Source: an uncultured Methanosarcinales archaeon (lineage in GTDB: Archaea > Nanobdellota > Nanobdellia > Woesearchaeales > UBA12501). From it: a DNA stretch of 64,000 nucleotides. Every line of letters begins with the position of its first letter. Position 1 is the first letter of the stretch. The notes beneath the pieces were generated by a model, which made no database searches, was not told where the DNA came from, and was given only the letters and a program-made list of their open reading frames with translations. A program made the translations under genes and the position numbers. Below are positions 41,108 through 48,997 of this stretch, piece by piece. The DNA is taken from NCBI GenBank assembly GCA_964459835.1, contig CAYWPA010000001.1:1601-65600 (forward strand), read 5' to 3'.

Positions 41108-42541
41108 TCAGACAACATTGAACACGCCTGGGCCTGCCATCCCCATTGAGCAGCTGAATCTTATCGCTCCTGTTTTTTCTGGGGTAAAGGTAATGGTCTT
41201 TACCTTATCCCTGGGAAGAACTTCTGTGATGCCAAGCTGCGGAACAGAGATCACCTGTGCACAGCCCTGCGCTGCCCTTCCGTCAATCCTCCATTCTACA
41301 GGAACGCCTTCAGCAACAGTAAACTGCGATGGGTAATAATCACGCCCCATGACTTTCATTTCTATTATTTGTTTGCCGTCAGCTTCTCCAGCTGTTTTTA
41401 TGTAATCTGTGCCTGCGCCCTGGATTGTATTCTGGACTGTATTTTTTGAAAAGAAACCGGATTCAAGCGGATTTCCTGCCAAGGCAAAGCCATTGCTTAT
41501 GCTGAATATGCCTAGTAAAATAACTGCAACAGCAGATGTTTTTACAATATACCTGTGTGCTGCTCCTTTTGCAAAGCTTGAAACAGCGCCTAAAGAAACA
41601 AGCGCTGGAAGTGTTCCTAAGGAAAAGAAAAGCATTGTCAATGCTCCTGTCATAAAGCTTCCTGTGCTCAGCACATAAAGCTGCAATGCCTGTGTAAAGC
41701 CGCATGGAAGGAAAAATGTAGATGCCCCAAACAAGAAAGGGGCAGCTTTGCGGTTTTTGTCTGAAGAGGTATTGTAAATCTTATGCACTATGAACTTTGG
41801 CATCTTTGGCTGGAAGTATCTTAGCCATGGGAATATATTGAGCATCTGCAGGCCAAGCAGGACCATGACTATGCTTACAGCAACAGTCAGATAGCCTGTT
41901 GTACTTGCTGACAAAGTAAAGGCAGAGCCTAGCAACCCAACAAAACCGCCTAGAATTGTGTATGAAGCGATTCTTCCTATGTTGAAATAAATATGCGGCT
42001 TAAATTTCTGGTGTCCGCTTAGATTATGATGCTGCTGGTTGTACTTTGTTGCAACCGCAAGCAGCAGGCCTCCTGTAACTGCAAGGCATGTGGAGAATGC
42101 AGCAATGATCCCTATAATAAAAACAAGGCCATAGGTCATATTTTCAGAAACGCCTATATTTGGAAGTATATCAAACTGCTTGAAGATAAGGTATAATCCT
42201 AAAACAATAAGGAAAGCTGCTCCTATTTCCACATGGTCTTTTTTAAATTCATAGTGTTTGCTTTTGGCGGCGCTTTTCTTTGAAGGCTCAGCGCTTTCAT
42301 GCCTTGCCCCTTCCTTAAGCGAGGAAACTGTATAGCCATGCCCATGTATAGATTCATTTAATTCGTTTATGCTCGGTTCTCTTGCCTTGTAATACACTAT
42401 CGCCCTGCCGCTTGCATGGCTTACCCTAGCTTTCTTTACTCCCTCAATATTACTGAATTTTCTCTCGATAAGCACTTCGCAGCTCGCGCAGTGCATTCCG
42501 TTAACCCTTAGTTTTAGTTTTTTCAGGTTTTTGTTGCCCAT
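41108..42541 (-). CDS. HMA domain / Cys-containing permease (DsbD_2/MerT-like) / cupredoxin-like domain fusion protein
   Basis: N-terminal VNGMHCASCEVLIE; central 6-8 TM with Cys in helices (AAFSTCLAVTGG, FFLPCGF); C-terminal about 100 aa YYPSQFTV...FSCSMGMAG cupredoxin-like with a Cys/Met site. Confidence 0.55.
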   Translation of the reverse strand: MGNKNLKKLKLRVNGMHCASCEVLIERKFSNIEGVKKARVSHASGRAIVYYKAREPSINELNESIHGHGYTVSSLKEGARHESAEPSKKSAAKSKHYEFKKDHVEIGAAFLIVLGLYLIFKQFDILPNIGVSENMTYGLVFIIGIIAAFSTCLAVTGGLLLAVATKYNQQHHNLSGHQKFKPHIYFNIGRIASYTILGGFVGLLGSAFTLSASTTGYLTVAVSIVMVLLGLQMLNIFPWLRYFQPKMPKFIVHKIYNTSSDKNRKAAPFLFGASTFFLPCGFTQALQLYVLSTGSFMTGALTMLFFSLGTLPALVSLGAVSSFAKGAAHRYIVKTSAVAVILLGIFSISNGFALAGNPLESGFFSKNTVQNTIQGAGTDYIKTAGEADGKQIIEMKVMGRDYYPSQFTVAEGVPVEWRIDGRAAQGCAQVISVPQLGITEVLPRDKVKTITFTPEKTGAIRFSCSMGMAGPGVFNVV

Positions 42542-42599
42542 AGTCAGGATATGTTCTGAAACCCCTTATAAAAATAACGTGAAACTAGTTTCAGGATGA

Positions 42600-43157
42600 T
42601 TAGTTGAGAATAACTATATTAGTCATCCCCCTTCTCTGCCTTTCTATCAGCTTCTTTCCTTCCATCCTGTCAAGAATTCTTGTAAGCTGGACCTTTGTGA
42701 GGCCTGTTTCCTTCATTATATCGCTCTGGTACATAGAGCCGTCCTTCTGCACAAGCAGCTCATAAACCTTTTTTTCCCTTTCATCAAACTTTGAAATCTT
42801 TGAAATGTCGGCTTTTTCAGCCTTGGATATTGATTCTGTTGTTCCTGCTTCTTTCTTTTTCTTTGCACTTATTTCCCTTATTTCTGCTATTTCTTTTTTT
42901 ATAGGCTTAAAAATCATAAATATGCCGCTGCCAAAAATAAGCAAGGCAATCACAAATGCTGCAAGAACATACCACGATGCAATGTTTTCGTGTGCAGGGC
43001 ACTGCTCCATTGTTAGAGTGGGGGATTCTGCCACAACCTTGCATAGAAAAGCCCCTTCCTTGTCAAGATTGAGCTTGACAAAAATAAGAAGGATGATAAG
43101 TATAAAAGAAGATGCAACTAGTATTTTACCAATACTTTTCTGGTCAATGTTAGCCAT
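42600..43157 (-). CDS. membrane-tethered winged-helix transcriptional regulator
   Basis: 2 TM flanking a loop with a Cys pair (CKVV...EQC); charged linker; C-terminal MarR/TrmB-like wHTH (SDIMKETGLTKVQLTRILDRMEGKKLIER). Confidence 0.55.
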   Translation of the reverse strand: MANIDQKSIGKILVASSFILIILLIFVKLNLDKEGAFLCKVVAESPTLTMEQCPAHENIASWYVLAAFVIALLIFGSGIFMIFKPIKKEIAEIREISAKKKKEAGTTESISKAEKADISKISKFDEREKKVYELLVQKDGSMYQSDIMKETGLTKVQLTRILDRMEGKKLIERQRRGMTNIVILN

Positions 43158-43240
43158 ATTTTCCTTGTTTTTTGTTTGTATTTAAATGTTGCTAAAAATT
43201 AAGGCAAATCTTTAAATAAGCCACGACCTTCCTTCAAAAA

Positions 43241-43735
43241 ATGAATAACAAAAAAATAGGGGCAGTTTTTCTTGTAATCAGCATAGTCATTGCAATGATT
43301 ATAATCAAGCTAATGGGTGGTTTAAATACAAAGGCAAGTGAACTTGGCTGTTTTGATAAGCAGGGATGCCTGCAGATTGAATCTTCATTAAGCCTGGCCC
43401 ATATCTCTTTTGGCGTTATAGGATTTATCTTTGCCCTTGGCTTTTATCTTATTTTCTTTGCAAAGGGAGAGGAGGAAATCCTAAGGAGGTTAGAACAAGA
43501 CAAGCAAAAGCTGCTTGAAGATGAAAAATTTAATTTAATATTAAAAGGTCTTGATAATTTTGAAAAAAAAGCAATGAAGGCAATAAAAGAGCAGGATGGA
43601 ATAACTCAAAATACATTGCGAATAAGAACAGACATGTCAAAGGCAAAGCTTAGCTATGTTCTTAAGGATCTTGAAGATAAAGGATTAATAAAGAGAGTTA
43701 AAAAAGGAAAGACGCTTGCAGTGTTCTTAAAATAG
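43241..43735 (+). CDS. membrane-tethered winged-helix transcriptional regulator (paralog)
   Basis: 2 TM flanking a CFDKQGC loop; coiled-coil linker; C-terminal wHTH (ITQNTLRIRTDMSKAKLSYVLKDLEDKGLIKR); divergent to 42600..43157. Confidence 0.55.
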   Translation: MNNKKIGAVFLVISIVIAMIIIKLMGGLNTKASELGCFDKQGCLQIESSLSLAHISFGVIGFIFALGFYLIFFAKGEEEILRRLEQDKQKLLEDEKFNLILKGLDNFEKKAMKAIKEQDGITQNTLRIRTDMSKAKLSYVLKDLEDKGLIKRVKKGKTLAVFLK

Positions 43736-43868
43736 GCTGAGATTGCTTTATGAACGTTCTTAAAGCAGAATTCGGCATATATAGCCATTTTTACCAGTAC
43801 TGTTCATAGGATTGATTATTTATAATACTTCTATCTAAAATTCTTTAAAATCACATTGGAGGGATAAT

Positions 43869-44597
43869 ATGAAAAAAGAAAGTGAAAAAGAGGAAGCAAT
43901 CACATTCAAAAAATCAACATTATGGAAAGCTGCCGTAGTTATTTTGGCAATAATAGTAGTATGGCAGTTATTTTTTAAGACAGGAACAGGAGTAGGGGCA
44001 GCGGTGCCATCACCGGCTGCTCCGCCTCCCCCAACAGCTGCTGTAAGCGCTGCAGAACTGGAGGATGACGATGCCTTTTTGGGCAATGAAAATGCGCCAC
44101 TAACAATAGTGGAGTTTTCAGACTTCCAGTGCCCATTCTGCAGGAAGTTCTGGAAAGATACTTTGCCTAGCATAAAGAAAGATTATATCGACACAGGAAA
44201 GGTTAAGTTTGTCTACAGGGATTTCCCATTGACAAGCATACATCCGGGAGCTCAGCCGGCTGCAGAGGCAAGTGAATGTGCCAGAGAGCAGGATAGGTTC
44301 TGGCAGTACCATGACAAGATCTTTGAAGAGCAGGATAAAAGAGGACAGGGCACAGTTCAATTCGGAGTTGCTGACTTAAAACAATGGGCAGCTGACCTTG
44401 GACTGGATACAGGAAAGTTCAACAAATGCCTGGATTCAGGAAAATATTCTGCAGAAGTAAATAAAGACCTGATAGATGCACAAAGAGCAGGGGGACAGGG
44501 AACTCCTCATTTTGTCATTGGAAACACGCCGGTAAGCGGCGCAATGCCTTATTCATCTTTCAAGCCAGTGATTGACGCAGAGCTGGCAAGAAGCTAA
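43869..44597 (+). CDS. membrane-anchored DsbA-like thiol:disulfide oxidoreductase
   Basis: IVEFSDFQCPFCRKFW; GGAGG SD upstream. Confidence 0.8.
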   Translation: MKKESEKEEAITFKKSTLWKAAVVILAIIVVWQLFFKTGTGVGAAVPSPAAPPPPTAAVSAAELEDDDAFLGNENAPLTIVEFSDFQCPFCRKFWKDTLPSIKKDYIDTGKVKFVYRDFPLTSIHPGAQPAAEASECAREQDRFWQYHDKIFEEQDKRGQGTVQFGVADLKQWAADLGLDTGKFNKCLDSGKYSAEVNKDLIDAQRAGGQGTPHFVIGNTPVSGAMPYSSFKPVIDAELARS

Positions 44598-44624
44598 ATT
44601 TTTGTTTTTTATTATTTTTTAAAT

Positions 44625-45173
44625 ATGGAAGTAAAGAAAAGGATTAAAGATATACTTATTGCACTAAAAAACGTATATCAAAAACCGCTTTACATAGCTT
44701 TAGCTAGCTTTACAACTTTGCTTATATTAACTTTTAACATTAGCATAATCAATTACAGAGTTTATCTTAATTTCCCAAGCTTTGAAATTATCAGTAAAAT
44801 ATTCATTGGAACATTTTTGGCATTACCCGTTCATTCAATAATGCTTTTATTAATAGCATCGATTTTAAGCGGCATATTCGTTTCATTGCTGGTGTACCAA
44901 CTTAAAACTATAAAATCCATGAACAAGTCTTATGCAACAGGCGCAGGCGGCATTGTTTTGGGAACAATTGCTCCTGCCTGCGCTTCATGCGGCATTGGCT
45001 TGCTTGCTTTGCTTGGCTATACAGGATTAATTGCTGTTTTGCCTTTCAAAGGCCTGGAAGTAGGCTATCTTGGCATAGTTTTATTAATAATAGCAATATC
45101 TTCGATCTCAGCAAAGATATCTAATAAAACATGCAATATAAGCAATGCGAAACTCATTAAATATAGAAAATAA
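44625..45173 (+). CDS. CxxC-containing small permease-like membrane protein (MerT/DsbD_2-like?)
   Basis: ATGAGGIVLGTIAPACASCGIGLLALLG intramembrane CxxC; paralog of 45712..46188. Confidence 0.45.
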   Translation: MEVKKRIKDILIALKNVYQKPLYIALASFTTLLILTFNISIINYRVYLNFPSFEIISKIFIGTFLALPVHSIMLLLIASILSGIFVSLLVYQLKTIKSMNKSYATGAGGIVLGTIAPACASCGIGLLALLGYTGLIAVLPFKGLEVGYLGIVLLIIAISSISAKISNKTCNISNAKLIKYRK

Positions 45174-45213
45174 GATAAATAAGTTTAGTTTGCATAAAAT
45201 GATAACGTAAAAA

Positions 45214-45579
45214 ATGAAAAACACAATACAGACAACTTTGATGATAGACATTATATTTATCATTTTAGCTATTGCAGGATGTACAAGTCAGACAATAAGC
45301 AGCAAAGGAACAGGGGAATTAAAAGAATTTAATGCAGTTATAAGTGAATATAGTTACAATCCTTCTTCTATAACTGTTAATTTTGGCGATACAGTGAAGG
45401 TAAATATAAAGAACACTGATGGGGTAACTCACGGCATATCCTTGCCGGTTTTTGGCGTACAGGAGTTTGTAAAGCCAGGAGAAACAAAAACAATACAGTT
45501 TGTGGCAAACCAGCGTGGTCAGCCAGAAACATTTTGCAGTACAGACCATGGAGAGAAATTATTTATTGAGGTGATATAA
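45214..45579 (+). CDS. cupredoxin-fold lipoprotein
   Basis: Signal with ILAIAGC lipobox; HGISLP and FCSTDHGEKLFIEV cupredoxin-like ligands. Confidence 0.55.
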   Translation: MKNTIQTTLMIDIIFIILAIAGCTSQTISSKGTGELKEFNAVISEYSYNPSSITVNFGDTVKVNIKNTDGVTHGISLPVFGVQEFVKPGETKTIQFVANQRGQPETFCSTDHGEKLFIEVI

Positions 45580-45711
45580 TGGGGCATCATCCGGCAGCAG
45601 GAATGCAAGTTGCAAGCTCATCAGGAATTCCATCTGAAGTATGGTTTATAATTCTCGTTGGTATTGCAGTCTTAATTTATCTTATTTATAAGTTTACAAA
45701 GAAAAACTAAG

Positions 45712-46188
45712 ATGAGAAAAAAACAAAAGAAAAATCCGGCATCATGGCCTTATGTAGCTATTGGCTCAGTTGCCGCAATAATAGCTTTCTTTTTATTTGG
45801 AATACCCACTGCAGTAATACCAAACTCTTATTTTTTCAGAATGTCGCCTGTAACAATTTTTGACTATATTTTTCTTCCGATAAATTCTGTTTTGTTTGGG
45901 GCTTTTATTGCTCTTTTATTTTACCAAGGAAATTACAAAAGGCTGATAAAACTAAAAAATACAAAAACAGAAAGCGCAGCAACTGGAGCTGCATTTGTCA
46001 ATGTTTTAGCATTGGGCTGCCCAATATGCAATGTAGTGCTTGTCTCATTATTCAGCACAACAGCTTTGATGACTTATCTAGAGCCTGCAAGGCCTGCACT
46101 TTCAGTATTAACTGCAGGAATTCTCGGAACAGCAATCTATTTCAAGGCAAAGAGCATAAAGGAATGCAAAGTTTGCAAAAGAAAATAA
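45712..46188 (+). CDS. CxxC-containing small permease-like membrane protein (paralog)
   Basis: ATGAAFVNVLALGCPICNVVLVSLF; C-terminal KECKVCKRK. Confidence 0.45.
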   Translation: MRKKQKKNPASWPYVAIGSVAAIIAFFLFGIPTAVIPNSYFFRMSPVTIFDYIFLPINSVLFGAFIALLFYQGNYKRLIKLKNTKTESAATGAAFVNVLALGCPICNVVLVSLFSTTALMTYLEPARPALSVLTAGILGTAIYFKAKSIKECKVCKRK

Positions 46189-46196
46189 TAAAAGTT

Positions 46197-46376
46197 TTAT
46201 GATTTATTTTTTAATTCATCTTCAGCAACTTCAGGAAAGAATAATCCTGTAAATCCACATTTATTGCATTTATATTGATTGAAAAAAGAACCTCTGCCAT
46301 AAGATTGCAAGGATAAGTCCGGAATTACATCAGTGCTCTTGCACTTAGGACAAAATCTAATTAATTTTTTTGACAT
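46197..46376 (-). CDS. small zinc-ribbon protein (59 aa)
   Basis: Not in the ORF track; MSKKLIRFCPKCKST...YKCNKCGFTG. Confidence 0.4.
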   Translation of the reverse strand: MSKKLIRFCPKCKSTDVIPDLSLQSYGRGSFFNQYKCNKCGFTGLFFPEVAEDELKNKS

Positions 46377-46481
46377 ATTTTCCTTGTTTTTTATTGGTAT
46401 TTAAATCTTGCTATCCAATGCCGTAAAGCTTGAAAACATTTATATAATTATACAACAAGAGATCATAAATTAAGGTGAAAA

Positions 46482-46727
46482 ATGAAAAACAATCATATTA
46501 AACTGGCTTTATTTGCTTCAGTATTGTTGTTATTCTCTGTTTTTGTTTCAGCGCAGGGAGGATGTCCTACGATATATGGTGGATACAGCATGATGGGTTA
46601 TGGGGCTGGATGGTGGGTATTTTACCACTTAATAGGTCTTGTATTGCTGATTGCATTAATATGGGTTATCGTATGGGTGATTTTAAAATATTTTAACCCA
46701 CAGAAAAAATCAAAAAGGAAACAATAA
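46482..46727 (+). CDS. small secreted/membrane protein
   Basis: Signal peptide; GGCPTIYGGYSMMGYGAGWW; C-terminal TM; GGTGA SD upstream. Confidence 0.4.
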   Translation: MKNNHIKLALFASVLLLFSVFVSAQGGCPTIYGGYSMMGYGAGWWVFYHLIGLVLLIALIWVIVWVILKYFNPQKKSKRKQ

Positions 46728-46744
46728 AACAAGGAGGTGAAAAA

Positions 46745-47038
46745 ATGGAAGGACAGGCAAAACTAAATACATGCGCATTGGCAGGTGCATTTACAATTAT
46801 CTCAGGCGTTGATTCGTTTCTTCATGCATTGCTTCAGTCAATGGGCAAGGAGTTTTTGTTCTACAATGCAGGAACATGGAATATTGTGTCGTCTGTATAT
46901 CCCTGGATGTCAGCAACAACTAGCGGAGCATTTGTTGGGCTTATAGCTGGTGCAATTTTAGGCTTTGTAGTTGGCTTTATAACGGCATGGCTGTACAACT
47001 TCGTGCTTGCAAGGCACAGCTGCAAGATGTGCAAATAA
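46745..47038 (+). CDS. small membrane protein with C-terminal CxxC
   Basis: GGAGGTGA SD upstream; ends HSCKMCK. Confidence 0.4.
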   Translation: MEGQAKLNTCALAGAFTIISGVDSFLHALLQSMGKEFLFYNAGTWNIVSSVYPWMSATTSGAFVGLIAGAILGFVVGFITAWLYNFVLARHSCKMCK

Positions 47039-47105
47039 ATTTTTGTTTTATTTTTAATTCAATAAAACAACAAAATATTTAAACATAAAAGCCAGAATTT
47101 AGCTT

Positions 47106-47516
47106 ATGAGGCCTTTAGCGCATCTTAATTTAGGTGTTTTCACAGGCTTGATAGCTCAGTATTATTTTGGCTGGAAGATAGGGATAGTAGTTTTCTTGTT
47201 TCAATTAATTCCTCTTATTGATATTTATGTTGGAATGTTTATAAGGGTTGAGCCTTTGCATAATATTTTTGCTGTTGTTATTTTGTCTGGATTAGTTGCA
47301 TTGTATGATTTTTTTGCAGCGTGGATAGCATTTGTAAGCTATGTCCTGCATATAGGAGTTGATCTTCTAGTTGACGAAGGCATAGAATTGTTTTATCCGT
47401 TTACAAAAAAGAAATTCAAATACCCTGTCTGGCACAGCGAGGATATTGTGATTGCAATAAGCGCCTTGGGAATAGCTGTTTTTGTAGTTTTGTTCTATCT
47501 GCAGGGAAAAATATAG
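47106..47516 (+). CDS. DUF457 (YdjM-like) membrane-bound metal-dependent hydrolase family protein
   Basis: MRPLAHLNLGVFTGL N-terminus and HIGVDLLVDEG motif. Confidence 0.5.
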   Translation: MRPLAHLNLGVFTGLIAQYYFGWKIGIVVFLFQLIPLIDIYVGMFIRVEPLHNIFAVVILSGLVALYDFFAAWIAFVSYVLHIGVDLLVDEGIELFYPFTKKKFKYPVWHSEDIVIAISALGIAVFVVLFYLQGKI

Positions 47517-47979
47517 AAGCCATAGCTATACATAGAAGCGGCTTATGCAAAAAAAGTGAAATAAAAAAGAAAAAGTTTAGGGCTTAGTAGTCGTCATCAT
47601 CGTCACTATCATCGTCGTCTTCGTCGTCATAGCGTATAGTATTTTCCCACATTTCCATTTTTCATCCTCCACATACAATAATAGCACTCAATCAGAAGAA
47701 AAAAAGAAAAAACGCTTTAAGCTAGCTCCCATTTGCTGTGTTTTGGAAACCATCTATTCGGATAGCAGCAAAGCTTATCTTCTTTTCTTTGCTTTCTTTT
47801 TAGCCATTTCGGGTGTCACCTCTCCCATTAGATTAGCGCTTTTATGTATTAATAGATATATTAATGTTTCTATTTCTAAAGCTTAAGCTGGCTGGCATAT
47901 ATTCTTTGAAGTGGAAAACTATATAAACAAAGCTTGCCAGAATAAAGAGTAAAAAGGGGTGACAGTTGTAGTGGTGTGA

Positions 47980-48549
47980 GTGATTATGTACGATAGTGGT
48001 TTTTTAGGCATAGATGAGTCAAACCATGGCAGAGTGCCGGAAGTTTTTGTTGCTGTATATTCTCAAATCCCAGAAGATATAAAAGACATAGGTGGATTGG
48101 AGAAAAAAAGAGGAAATTCTACTATTAATGAGATATTATGTGGAAGGGATTATAGACACATTCTTATTCCTGCAGAAGTTAAAGAAGAATTTGAACAAAG
48201 GCATGTTCAAATGATTGTTTTATCTGAATTTGCAAAGTGTTTTGGTAATTTGGAAAAAATTCTTGTTGATGGCCAAGTACGAGCACAGATAATTGAAGAA
48301 GTAAAAAAAGAGATAAGTTCTATTGCGTGCCCGACCATTGTTGGTGTTGAAAAGGGAGATACAAGAATTAAACTAATAAATATAGCAGATCAGCTCGCGA
48401 ATTATTTATTCAGGTTTTATAAAAATGAGAATAGTAACAAATATTCAGATAAAGAAAAGCTTGCAATTCATGCTAAATGTATTGTTCCTGATTTTGAACA
48501 TTATGCTGTATCATTTGAAGACAATACAAGAAGATATAAAGCTGCATAA
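47980..48549 (+). CDS. hypothetical protein (GIDE-motif, possible RNase H-like fold)
   Basis: FLGIDESNHGRVPEVFVAVY is reminiscent of the RNase HII N-terminus but the rest does not align; weak. Confidence 0.35.
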   Translation: MIMYDSGFLGIDESNHGRVPEVFVAVYSQIPEDIKDIGGLEKKRGNSTINEILCGRDYRHILIPAEVKEEFEQRHVQMIVLSEFAKCFGNLEKILVDGQVRAQIIEEVKKEISSIACPTIVGVEKGDTRIKLINIADQLANYLFRFYKNENSNKYSDKEKLAIHAKCIVPDFEHYAVSFEDNTRRYKAA

Positions 48550-48566
48550 CTTAATTTATTTATCGT

Positions 48567-48827
48567 TTATTTATAGAACTTCGCTGCAATTATGTTCTTA
48601 ACGCCAAAAGCAACTGTTCCTAAGCCAGTAAGAAGCAAAGCAATGCTGTAAAGCCTTAATTCAGGCGTGTTTATCATCAGCATTCCTGTCTCTGTTATAA
48701 GGCCCCCCAATAGGGTAAACCCATATACAAAGAACCTATTGCGCAGAGTAAAGATGTTTTTTGTCTTTGGCATTATAGCGGCAAAGCCATGGTTTTTTAT
48801 AAATATTTCCACAAAAATATTGAACAA
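48567..48827 (-). CDS. small membrane protein
   Basis: 86 aa, 2-3 TM. Confidence 0.35.
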   Translation of the reverse strand: MFNIFVEIFIKNHGFAAIMPKTKNIFTLRNRFFVYGFTLLGGLITETGMLMINTPELRLYSIALLLTGLGTVAFGVKNIIAAKFYK

Positions 48828-48837
48828 AGCCTATTGC

Positions 48838-48940
48838 GCCAATGCTGCGCTCTGTTCGCTTATGGAGCAGGATTGAACGCAGTGAAATCCTGCACTAATC
48901 TCGGTGTCAACGGACGAAACCGTTGCTTGGCAGCATTGGC
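48838..48940 (+). repeat. TIR-bounded short repeat element, copy 1 (MITE-like)
   Basis: 5' GCCAATGCTGCGCTCTGTTCGCTT and 3' GCTTGGCAGCATTGGC shared with 55233..55331; termini form an 11-bp inverted repeat. Confidence 0.6.
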
Positions 48941-48997
48941 ACTAAACTTAGCTCACCTCACAAAAACCTTTTTATATGGCTGTGCAACCTATGCATT

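Noticed and set aside
26970-47516. Reassigning the contig as bacterial (CPR) because of Lgt, DsbA-like and lipobox proteins
   Set aside because: ABCE1 with its Fe-S domain, TrmI, DUF99, THUMP Trm14-like and an archaeal-type ValRS lie in the same window, and composition is uniform apart from the Nudix gene. An archaeal host with bacterial-like envelope genes is the simpler reading.
28776-47516. VKOR or DsbB among the membrane ORFs of the island
   Set aside because: No ORF shows the loop Cys pair plus CxxC arrangement of VKOR or DsbB. The CxxC membrane proteins at 44625 and 45712 have their Cys inside a helix and lack a second loop pair.
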